A stretch of 63,819 bases of DNA, filler included, from Polymyxa betae A26-41 (taxonomy: Eukaryota; Protista; Endomyxa: Phytomyxea), in assembly GCA_003693705.1 (NCBI GenBank). It is 6 parts of 6 records of this genome, joined end to end, with 100 filler letters (N's around TTAATTAATTAA, not from the genome) between each part and the next. Parts side by side here need not be neighbours in the genome. Positions count along the whole stretch, not along the records: positions 18,274 to 29,317 come from RBZT01000592.1; positions 29,418 to 36,448 come from RBZT01000142.1; positions 36,549 to 51,598 come from RBZT01000496.1; 3 more parts are not named here. One strand, written 5' to 3'. Position numbers and translations under genes: made by a program. Numbering within the stretch: the first letter of the stretch is position 1; each line of letters opens with the position of its first letter. Below the pieces are notes generated by a model, which made no database searches, was not told where the DNA came from, and was given only the letters and a program-made list of their open reading frames with translations. Of this stretch, positions 25,985-36,866 are shown one piece after another.

Positions 25985-26633
25985 TATTCCTTAAAAGTAC
26001 GACTGGCAATCCGACAGAATATTGGGATGTCTTGGGTTCACAGATGACAAGCAGACAAGTTTTTAGACGAATAAACAAAAATTGGTTTAGTAAAAAAACA
26101 GAAGTAGCTGACAGTCTGTGACTGTCTCCAGTAGGTCTCGCCTGACGTGTACGAACTGTCAGGAAACAGGGCAGGATCGATCAAGGAGGCCGCTCTTAGC
26201 ACAGGCAGACGGCTGCTGTAACCTAACACAGAATATATTATATTATTCATCGTAATTAATTCGCAATGTTTATCGTAACTTTTATTTGAACGGGAGTTTT
26301 CATCGCTTTCTATAAAAATAAAAAAGGTATTGCAATCAATTGTCGAGCGCAGCCTATCTCAGCGCAGCCCGCCGGTCGTATCGGCCCACGACTCCTTCGC
26401 CCCGTTCCCGACCGCATCTCCCGAGCTGCCGCCCGGCGGCCGGAACGAGCGTCATCTTCCGACGGAAACTAACCCGACAAAGTCAAGACCCGGAACCAGC
26501 CCCGATCCCGAACTCCAACTACCCCCGATTATTTTAGAATCGGTTTGTTTTATATAAAACCCGATTTCTTGAGTTAGTCATCTTTGAGATCGCGCGACAA
26601 AACCGATTCTAAAATCGGTGCACTCTATTCACA

Positions 26634-29317
26634 ATGACAATCATTCATTCCGACCAGGAAGACGGAATTGGGGCCCGCGATTCCACTCTCCGGAATACGA
26701 TCGCCTCGCTGAATACTCGACAAACACAACTTGAGAAGGATACGAAGCAGCGTTTCCAGAAACTGCACGAAGACAACGAGATGATGATGAACATGCTCGC
26801 TGAAATGCGGACGCTCCTGGCCCCGCCAGCTGCGGTTACCGAAGAGATGGCCTCTTCCAAGCATGTAAAGCCGGATCCGCCGAGCGACACGATCGACAGC
26901 CTGCCAAAACCGACCCGGCCAGAGACCAAGACGACGCCTTCACCAACGCCTCCACCCGCCTCGACAGTCCATGTCCCGACCCCGTCTCACCGCGCACCGA
27001 CGCCCTCACATCCGGCACGACGACTCGAAAATTTGAGTTTGTACCCGGAAGAAAACCCGGCGCGGTTTCGACAATGGATCAATCGTGTTCTACAATTCCA
27101 AGACTTCTATCGTCTAGCAGATCACGATGCCATCGCCGAGCTCCAATGACACGACGGCGATATCCTGGACGAACGTCTTCGCATAATCTTGACGGCACGC
27201 CCGATGGCCTCGCTCCAGATAGTCTGCAGCTCTGCCGGCTGGCGCTGCGCAAATGGCGCGGCGCTCTTTCAACAGTTGCCGCCAATTAGACCGCGAATCC
27301 GGTTCATCGTTTATTCGACGATTCCAAACGGCCGCCACCGAATTCCGGCGTTATGACTGCCCTACAGACCAAGATCTTTACAACGCCTTTCTATCTCAGC
27401 TCAATCAAAAATATTTCGGCGAGGTACGCACCGACATCGCGGATTCTGGCTACTTGTAACAGATCGACCAACCAGCTCTCCGATTACTCGCCGATTTCGC
27501 TGCTGTTCGACAGATCGAAGCCTCTAAAGGCAAAGGTGAGAAGGTTTTCGACGAACTGACCTCCCAAAATAGGGACTCTCGCTCCTCAACATCGGATACC
27601 AACCGCGCAGCTACGGTGAATAAGGTCGGCACCAGTAATGCCAACACTTCGAACAGCCCGACCACATGCCGAACCTGTGAGCGTGCCCAACGTCCTGCCA
27701 ACCACGACTACAAACAGTGTGAGCACGCTAAGAAGAATGGCTTCTGTAAAAAGTGCAAAGTCCGAGGGCACTTCTCCTCCAACGGCTGCCCCGCGAAGTC
27801 GGCGTCCACCGTCGCTGTTGCCGATTCTGCTACTCCTTCATCCGCCAGCGATGACACTGGCGATGAGGCCCAGGCCTAGGGACACGGGGTGCTGGCGTCA
27901 CCCGACGTTAGCACCCGACAAACATGGTACCCTGGTCTCGAACCCGTTCAGTCCGTTCCCGCGTACGCTTTCGACGTCCGGACCGCCCAAGACTCGATCG
28001 CCCGCCTCGAGCTCGTCATCGGCGACCAAAACTGCGCAGCTTATATCGACTCCTGCTCGGTAGTCAATATTATGAGCGCTAAATTTCTAAAATTATTACC
28101 AGACCACTTTCAAGCCCATTATGAAGGGCAAAGCAGCATCGCTTCTCGCACAACCGTCGTCGCTTTTGACGGTTCAACGACAGTCCGCCCATCTGGACAT
28201 ATTACGTTACCCGTTCGAATCGGACCGACAACGGCGACTGACATCATATTCATGGTCTCCGACAGAGCCGCTCATCCGGTGCTGCTCGGGACGCCAGCGT
28301 TACGCTCGCTTCGACTGGTGATTGACATTGACGGTAACTGTGTGCATTCGAAATTATGTAATCAATCGTTCCCCTTAGCCAAACAGCCTACCCTGAGGTA
28401 CCTCGCGCGCCGAACCGCCGCGAACATCCCGTCCTCACAACTCTTGACATTACATTGCCTCCCTGGACAGAGACTCTGGTCGACGCCGATATCTTAGGTT
28501 TCCCAGAGGGCGCAGATAACAACAGCATAGCCCTAAAGGAGCACCCGGACGCGGCGCTGACACACCGATTGGTCGCAGCCTATGGTTATAATCAGGTTAA
28601 CTCTGCTATAACCACAGTACTAATTTCAAACCTCTCTCACGATGAAATACTGGTTCCGCGAGGTTTCCCAGTCGTTATCGCGACCTTGACAGACGAGCCG
28701 CTTCTCCTCCACGTAATGACAGCAGACGGCGCTCGAACTTCCACGACTCCAGGACGCCCCGCCGCCTTGAAACACTTGACAGATTCACAGTGGCAAACCG
28801 ACATCGACGAAATTACCTCGGCGTTAGCAGATCACGCAGACATCACGGACGAAGAACGCATGCACCTCCGTGCGTTGATTATCGAGTTCGGCGACACCTT
28901 CAAGTCGGCTATCGTACCACTGGGAGTCACCGACACCGTCGAACACCGCATCGAGCTCATCGGGAATCCACACCCACACCGCGAATCTCTGCAATTGATG
29001 GGACCCGCGAAAGAAGCAATCTGCAGCGAAAAACTTCAGCAGTTATTGGCGTCCGGCACCATCGAACCTTCTCGAAGTCCTTGGGCAGCCGCCATCGTGA
29101 TCACGCCGAAGAAGGAACCTGGACAATGGCGCTTCGCCATCGATTACCGACGCCTGAATGATGTCACGAAGTTTGACGCCTACCCGATGGCGCGCGCGGA
29201 TCGCGGGCTGGAACTCCTGAACGGCAGCACGTATTTCACGACCATGGACCTGGCCAGCGGTTTTCATCAGGTCCGTATGACAGAAACTTCAAAGGAACTG
29301 ACCGCTTTTCAAACCTC
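26634..29317 (+). mobile_element. Ty3/gypsy element 5' half: gag (CCHC knuckles), aspartic protease, dUTPase-like spacer, RT start
   Basis: CRTC...H...C and CKKC...GH...C knuckles, AYIDSCS, VLLGTPAL, IEPSRSPWAAAIV, WRFAIDYRRLND, MDLASGFHQV and TAFQT. Stops and frameshifts present; runs into a linker. Confidence 0.92.
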
Positions 29318-29417
29318 NNNNNNNNNNNNNNNNNNNNNNNNNNNNNNNNNNNNNNNNNNNNTTAATTAATTAANNNNNNNNNNNNNNNNNNNNNNNNNNN
29401 NNNNNNNNNNNNNNNNN

Positions 29418-29992
29418 AACGAGTGTTGAAGTATCTCAAGGGAACGACCGGCCACGGACTTATGTACGACTGTGGGAGGCCGAGCGACAAATTCACACTT
29501 TATGCTGACAGCAGTTTCGCCGACGACAACTCCGATCGGAAGTCCACTACTGGCTGGATCGCACTAATGGGCAGTAACGTTATCTCATGGCGTTCCGTCA
29601 AGCAAAAATCAGTGGCGCTATCAACCACCGAATCTGAATATATGGCCTGTTGTGATGCCAGCAAGGAAGCGATCTGGATTCAAAATCTACACAAAGAACT
29701 GATGGACGGCGAAAGTAAACCGGCGACGATCTATCAAGATAATCAAAGCGCTATCTTCCTCGCGAACAACAATGCTGTGAAACGACGAACCAAGCATATT
29801 GATTTACGCTATCATTTTCTGCGTGATCAAGTTCACAACGGAAAAGTCAAGATTGTTTATTGCGAAACGCAGAATATGACTGCCGACATCTTGACTAAGC
29901 CATTAGGCAAGCATTTATTCCAGAAACACCGAGCCAAACTTGTTTCGGCCGAATCAACTGCAGAAATGGACGTTGATTTCGAAGAGGCGTAA
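29418..29992 (+). mobile_element. Ty1/copia RT end and RNase H
   Basis: YADSSFA...RKSTTG, ISWRSVKQKSVALSTTESEY, YQDNQSAI, RTKHIDLRYHFLRD and ADILTKPL. Confidence 0.95.
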
Positions 29993-30141
29993 TAGGAGAA
30001 GTACGACATCAACACCCAGTTTCAGAGTTATTCTCGACCCGATCCACTAGATCGGGCGGTTCGTTTATCAATACACTTCCAATTTTACTACTTTCCTGGC
30101 TGACCAATATTTGAGAGCTACGAAGTCACAAATCACGCTCT

Positions 30142-30216
30142 GTCTGAGTGGCGCAACTTGGTCAGCGCGTTCGGCTGTTAACCGAGAGGTTGTGGGTTCG
30201 AGTCCCACATTTGACG
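30142..30216 (+). tRNA. tRNA-Asn(GTT), variant copy
   Basis: Cloverleaf with anticodon loop CTGTTAA and T arm GTGGG-TTCGAGT-CCCAC, followed by oligo-T. G7:A66 mismatch and one extra D-loop T relative to the second copy. Confidence 0.88.
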
Positions 30217-31285
30217 TAATTTTTTTTCTTTGCAAGATGAAAACGCTCGAAGCTCGCGATTGGCGTTCTAAGATTTCTCTCGTAACCCTTCTCAGAAACC
30301 TTTGACGTTTTTTTTCTTTCCTTAGCTGCCGATTGCTGACCAGATATTCTCCATGACGAAGCCAGACTATTACTAAAGCCATGGATAACTGCTAATTGAC
30401 GTACAAATGAATATTTAACGATAAACATCGTGTGATACACAGACAGAGTATGGCCATTTTTTGAGCTGACTATTCTGCTTGAAATGCGCTGAGTTACGAG
30501 ACTTCTGATGTGGCGCAAACATCCAAGAAGAATGTCGCTCGAAGGCGATCTTGAATGCCGTTTGAGATCGTATTTGAATTTCCGAGAGCCGAATTTAAAT
30601 GCAGAGACCCCAGTAACAGCTAATGTTAATAAACTGATATCATCTTCGAAAGCGGTTCTTAAAGCAGACAGAGGAAGTGTATTCTCCTTTTAAGAACGCA
30701 CGTTCTCACTACATTTCCGGGCTCCACCGTTTTTGGCGCCATTACAAGCCAAGCAAAAAGTATCGCTTTGGCTCAAAACCAATAATTCTGGGGGAGTTGA
30801 TGGATATCATCGAAGAATCTTGCCGATTCGCCATAAAAATCTATGAGCCTACGACTGCGACTGAACTCAATCACAGCCGAATTCCGCTTCCCAATTCAAC
30901 ATGAGCTTCAGTATTGACAATAGAATTTTCACAGGTCAACCAGTTATACAGCACTGCCTGTTGAAACTTTGATGAAAATCAGCGAGCTTAGTCAAATCCA
31001 ATCCAATCAACCAATCTTTAGAAGCCTGAGCTCGGATAGCATTCGAAACCTGTCGTTTATTACGTTTCTGTCTTTTAACAGCAATTTGAAAGATGCCCCG
31101 GATCATCCCTGTATGTCTGTTTCATGGCCATGTAGTTTTATGCTTAAACCAGCAATTACACAAATAAGACATTGTATATAGCGAGTAAAAGGTGAAGATG
31201 CGATCGGGTGTCTCGATCACATATCTGTTATTGATGAATTTCACATTTCAGCTGCTATTTAGTCTTGAAAAGAGGAAAGGAAATG

Positions 31286-32387
31286 TCAGATCTGGTAAAT
31301 TATATACAGAATTTCTGACATTCTGTACCATACTGAACTGTTGCTGCATGACTCCCTCAAATTGATACAGGACCGACAATATAGAGTTGGTGCCAGGCTC
31401 ATAATCATGTTGATCGAGCTCTGTGTAGGCTTAAATTCCCTCAGTGTACAGTAGGCCGTCAATCTCTGTTCGATTTCAGGCTGTTCGTGCTGAGACAATT
31501 CTGCCTCCTGCTTTGGTGTATTATACAACAGTCGATCTTGTCTGATCTTCCATTGCTCACCGAAACAGCGATTAGATTTTAGAGGGAATTTATCCGCGAT
31601 TGAATCTGGCATCAACGACTTGATCGATAGCGGATTCAGAATACCCATCAGCTGTTCTGGTTGAGCAGGACGGATATGATAGCGATTTGAGAACTCTGCT
31701 AATGCATAACCATACAACCAGAAATCAACAGCTGGAGTCGAAAACTCTTGCCTCGCTCCTCCCGGATATTCCAATGAATATTGAAACCCGGCAGATGGCA
31801 TTGCGGACAGCGGAGTGCCTTTCGAGCATCTTCCAATAACATACACAAGACTGCGGGAATTGTCGAAGATCTGCATGGGCCGGCCATTGTCTCAGTGGAA
31901 TTTGGATTGAGTGAAAATTCATTAACACATAGCGGGAACATACTGGGCTGAAGCGTTCGTTCATAGAAGAAATATCGATAGAATTGTGCCATTGTACATC
32001 GTGGATGTTGGGGATAGAAATTCTGAGGAGTTCGTATCACCATTGCATGACATCCATGACGAAATCGATATTGATTGCAGTTCGCGATTTGAGCTTTAAG
32101 ATGGGGGCGCTGATGTCGATGGGTAGTTTCTGATCTCCTGAAGGCTGAATGATACCCGAGAATAGCCTACAATGGTGATTTGAGATTGTTTCAGGAATCT
32201 TATCATCACCTTCATAGATATCCCTGCAAGTTCTGATCAGATTGATGAGATCGCTTCCTGATAAATATTCAATAATAGAAGCATATCGGACAGTATACAG
32301 ATTGAATTCCAGGCTTGAGTTTATTTCATCCGGCGACTGCTCTGACATTAGATAGATATGATGGTCAACTTCAGTATGCGGGCACAC
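31286..32387 (-). pseudogene. Frameshifted host-type gene with an F-box-like N-terminal segment
   Basis: YASIIEYLSGSDLINLIRTCRDIY resembles an F-box C-half. Three consecutive overlapping ORFs. Confidence 0.35.
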
Positions 32388-33919
32388 ACGAATATGTTTT
32401 ATTGAAAATGAATTAGTAATGGAGCGAACCCATGCAGGGGATTGTGTGTGGCATTTTGGTCAGCGAATTGAATGTCGTTAATTTCGCATGGAAAACTGCA
32501 GTGCTTAGGAAAGGGTTAGGGTTTCCGCTGAACAATTCTCATCCTTCATCTCGCCCGATGTCGTTTGATTATTACATGGTATTAGAGTAAGAAGCGCCGG
32601 GATAATGATTCTATTGTAAAATTCGTCTGTAAGGATGGCTTGGGATAAAACTTCTGCCTCTCACAGATGCTTTGATTGCTACATCCCTCTCAAAACATGT
32701 TTATAGGCAGGACTCCACTTTATCTGTATCAACTTTCATACGATAAAGTTATTGAAATAGCGGAAGATGAGGTAATACTACAATTTAATCGAGATTGCAA
32801 CTTTTCTACCGAAACGCTAAGACGGAAATGTTCCGGATATTCCGTATTTGTAGCAGCTGCTACTAAATTGACTGTACGACAGACAAAATATTTTCTCCCA
32901 CACTATCACTTTATCCGTTAATCCGAACAGAATTGAAAAAGACGGATTTGATGGGCGCATTAGAGAGTTAGAAAATATAAAATGGCCTTGGATTGGCCTT
33001 CTTCTCGGCACGGACTTTTGCAACTTGGCCTTCGATTGGCCTACCACAGCTCAAATGTCCTTCAACGCCAATTAGCCTTCGTTTACTTTTTTGATTCTGT
33101 ATTGGCCATAGACTGGCCTATAGAATTGGGTCTGTATTTTGCAATGGTTACAATAATCCTTGATTGATATCACTTGGATTTCCATTCTGCGGCCGATTGT
33201 TTGTCGACCTTCGTTTGCTGCAACGATAGAAATTTGTACCGGTTGACCCAGCTTTGTTGTGGACGTACATGAATCCGTCAATGGAAACGGAGGGATTTCA
33301 TGGGTCTCTCATGAGCAGAATGAAAGAAAAAAATTTGCGATCAAAAATCCTACTGCGGAAATGTCTTGATTTTTTTCTGACTATGTACAAGTCATATTTA
33401 TGTTTCATTAATACAGCAGTTTGCGTGGGACGGAGCTGTCGTGAGTATCGTAGCCCAAAGTCATGCCAATTCCTGAGCATAGGCCAATCTAAATCCAATA
33501 GGCCAATCTAGATCCAATCAGCAACCAGCAGATAAAGACAAAGTCTCTATTCAACCGTTGGTTAAACTTTGATAAGGGACAAGACACTTGATTAAATGGC
33601 GAAACACGCAAATTAGATTTCTTTATCGATAATTATCGGCATAAATCGCTTTTGCTCTTTTCATGGATATTATGGGATTAGAGTGATCTCCGGTGTCGGT
33701 GGGATGCCGGGTTGGACATGGACGCTCGCAATTCCTATGGCGCTGTTGGTGTAGGCGAAGTAGCAGCAGAGCAGCCGAGTTTGGTAACTAAAACATGGTG
33801 CTTAATTTGCCAGATTTTGAGAGCATTTGTAGGCGCTACTACTGCTTAGATCGTAAGATAGAAGTTGAGAGGGGGGTAGCACATGTAGCAGGGTCGTTTT
33901 GTGAATCCAGAAAAATGAA

Positions 33920-33993
33920 CGTCAAAGGTGGGACTCGAACCCACAACCTCTCGGTTAACAGCCGAACGCGCTGACCAGTTGCGCCACTCAGAC
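33920..33993 (-). tRNA. tRNA-Asn(GTT)
   Basis: GTCTGAGTGGCGCAACTGGTCAGCGCGTTCGGCTGTTAACCGAGAGGTTGTGGGTTCGAGTCCCACCTTTGACG, followed by a T-run. Confidence 0.93.
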
Positions 33994-34556
33994 AATTTTG
34001 ATGTAGATAGACTGGAAAAGCATTCCATTGTCTTTCCTAAAGGAGAAACTACTTCTGTCCGGCGACAGATATGCGCAGCTGCGCATCTGTCGCTCTGCCT
34101 CTCTCGTCAGTTGATCGGTCTGAAAATGTGGCGAATTGCAAAGGTTCTTGGGTGGCAGACGCCGAGTATACCAGAAGACAATGCCGCTGACGACAGCGAA
34201 GACGATCTGGCCTGTACTTGGTCTGATGATCTGCTATATTCCAAGGATGCGCCCGCGAATCCATCCGATCTAAGGGGAAACGACTTCGAAGAGGATGGTT
34301 CCTTCGCCATTAACATTCCTTATATCTCGCAATCACTATTCCGACATTGCATCTGAATATCGTCTTTTTATCTTTTGATTTTGATCTGCACACTGCAAGC
34401 AGCATATGTCAAATGAAAGATATCACTGTGTATTCTACGATTTGCTACCAGCGATATCATTGCAGCTGCAATGATATTCTTGCTGGTATGTGACCGAACA
34501 CTGGCATATGTAGCAATAGCAGCACCCAGAGATGAACGCCATCTTCGAATCTGATT

Positions 34557-34678
34557 AGTAGAAAACCAGAGTGTCATTTTCAGAACTCAAACCAAAAAAT
34601 GACGCATTATAGGGTCTTATAACGTGTCATTTTTAGAATTTATTCTCAAAAATGACGCATTAAAAGACCTTTTAATAC
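34557..34678 (+). repeat. Left 122-bp inverted repeat flanking Rep, followed by a 40-bp tandem duplication (34639-34718)
   Basis: Reverse complement of 35529-35650 with 3 mismatches. Built of palindromic modules. Confidence 0.95.
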
Positions 34679-34730
34679 TTTATTCTCAAAAATGACGCAT
34701 TAAAAGACCTTTTAATAGTGGAGCCTGCCG

Positions 34731-35535
34731 ATGATGACGACCGCGGCCAGACCTTTTACGAATAGGACGCGTTCGATGATATTCACGTTGCATGTGAATC
34801 AAGAGATTACGCTTGACGGGAGAAATCTCGGTCCCGCGCCTATTCCCGGGATGCCCTGCCCCGAGAAGGTTGTGCAAGCCTTGCCGCACAAGTATCTTGT
34901 CTACGGACGTGAGGTGATCGTGAATTGGGCCCATCCTTAGATCGGTTTATTCACATTCACCGCAGATGGCTCCCTTCACCGGCGCGTTTCATTTGCAAGG
35001 GTACATTCAGCACAAGAATGCGATCTCGTTCAAATCGTTTCACAAGAAACTTTATCCGTACAAGGCGTGGGTTCAAGTAGCGTACTTTGACGCACAAGTC
35101 AACCGCGCCTATTGTACGAAAGGTGGCGATTTCTACGAGAGTGGTACCTGTCCGACGAACGGCGGTGCTACGGAAAAGGCGAGATGGGATACAGCGCGCG
35201 AACTAGCTGCTGCCGGGCGCATCGATGAGATCGATTCCCAGCTCCAGATCAAGCATATCCGCAACTTCGAGCGTATTGAAGAGCGGTCGATGTTCAATCG
35301 GAAGTTGCCGCATCTGAGACAGACTCGGAACGTCTGGATTTGCGGCCCGACCCGTCGTGGAAAGTCGTCGGTCCTGTCGCGTCTGTTTCGTGAAAAGGAT
35401 GTTTACGAAAAGATTCAGAACAAGCACTGGTGCAGTTATCGAGGCCAGCCCGTTGTTCTGATCGACGACGTGCACAGGAAAGGTTTCGGGTCATGGGCGC
35501 TCCATTTTGTCAAGCAGTGGACGGATACGTATTAA
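34731..35535 (+). CDS. rep: CRESS-DNA virus-like Rep (HUH endonuclease plus SF3 helicase), spliced, C-terminally truncated
   Basis: Motif I FTLH, motif II HLQG, motif III YCTK, Walker A GPTRRGKS and Walker B IDDV. Removing the 52-nt GT-AG intron 34914-34965 gives YGRE-MAPFTGAFHLQG and an open 250-aa frame. Confidence 0.93.
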
Positions 35536-35650
35536 AAGGTCTTTTAATACGTCATTTTTGAGAAAAAATTCTAAAAATGACACGTTATAAGACCCTATAA
35601 TGCGTCATTTTTTGGTTTGAGTTCTGAAAATGACACTCTGGCTTTCTACT
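35529..35650 (-). repeat. Right 122-bp inverted repeat flanking Rep
   Basis: Starts with the palindrome GTATTAAAAG-GT-CTTTTAATAC, which supplies the Rep stop codon. Confidence 0.95.
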
Positions 35651-35813
35651 CTGGGGCGTGGTTTTTGAGTTCAATTTTCAAAAATGACAACAGATTAATC
35701 CGCCCATTCTCATAGATTAATCCCTCTCAATCCGCCATTTGTAATTTTTTAAATCATATTTAAAAAATGACAATATATTACTATGATATTTATTTATAAT
35801 AATCCTTCTATTT

Positions 35814-35950
35814 TCGTGCCAGGCAAACCCCCTTTCGTGCCAGGCAAACCCCCTAAAATGCCAGGCAAGAGTTCCTAAAATCGGCGAAAAATGCCATTTT
35901 CCCATACAAAAATGACCTCGTGCCAGGCAAAGCGCTCGTGCCAGGCAAAA
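35814..35950. repeat. Cluster of five (TCG)TGCCAGGCAA motifs
   Basis: Direct repeats near 35814, 35835, 35859, 35918 and 35936, within AT-rich DNA. Confidence 0.8.
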
Positions 35951-36866
35951 TCAGCGAAATCGCACAGAATAAAAATTTTTTATATCACTTCCACGTATTC
36001 ATAAAAATATCAATCAAAATAAACCCACCGGCCCACCATGAATTAAATGGATAATGTTCATGGGGATGATAATGGGTAAAAAAATGAAGACCTGCCCCAG
36101 AATTGAACCCATGGCGTCCATAGTATAGATGAATAGGTCTCCCAACTGACCTATTCTTAGATATATCTCTTGTTAGCCAGAAAGGCAGGGTTGCGCTATC
36201 TCGGCCGCCTCCGACGGAAGTGACGTCAACCGCCAAGGCCATCGGAAGTCGGAACTGATTGAATCAACGCCTTAGGCTACGATACGATTCTTGTCTTGAA
36301 AAATAAAACTTCCACTTCTTCAGTGAACACATTCTGTTGACAACTATTCCTCTCTCGGTAGAATCCTCGTCGTCTAACAGATTAAGAGTCCCAGCGCTCT
36401 CGAACATGGTCACTACAAGACGCGGAGCAAACAATCAGGGCGCAGATGNNNNNNNNNNNNNNNNNNNNNNNNNNNNNNNNNNNNNNNNNNNNTTAATTAA
36501 TTAANNNNNNNNNNNNNNNNNNNNNNNNNNNNNNNNNNNNNNNNNNNNTAAGAACAGCGCATCTCAGCCGCATTGTATTCACTATTTGGTTACCTCGTCC
36601 GAAGACAACCTGCTTGGACATCTTGATGAATGGGATGAAGTTGATGCACTTGATAGACGCTTACTCATGAAGATAATGGGAAAGTTAAACAGCCCTTTTT
36701 TAACTTTCAAACAGAAATGCCCGTAGACTAGATCTAAAAATGCGAGAAAGAGGATCATAAAGTATTAGACAAAGTGTGAGCAAGAGGATTCTTGAAGCAT
36801 TAGAAAATGTGTGAGAAAGAGGTTTCCTAAAGTATTAGAAAAAGTGCGAGAAAAAGGACTTGTATC

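Larger units (their letters stand above)
34043..36448. mobile_element. Probable Mutator (MULE) derivative; left TIR visible, right end lost at the contig end
   Basis: GAGAAACTACTTCTGTCCGGCGACAGAT matches the TIR of the TSD-verified MULE at 36867. The contig ends in GGGCGCAGATG, which resembles the inner part of the inverted TIR. Confidence 0.55.

Noticed and set aside
30068-30518. ORFs overlapping the tRNA genes (also 33846-34028 and 33928-34356)
   Set aside because: Chance frames running through tRNA and TIR sequence.
36824-36832. TTCCTAAAG as the second TSD of the MULE starting at 34043
   Set aside because: It lies on another contig and is not preceded by a TIR.
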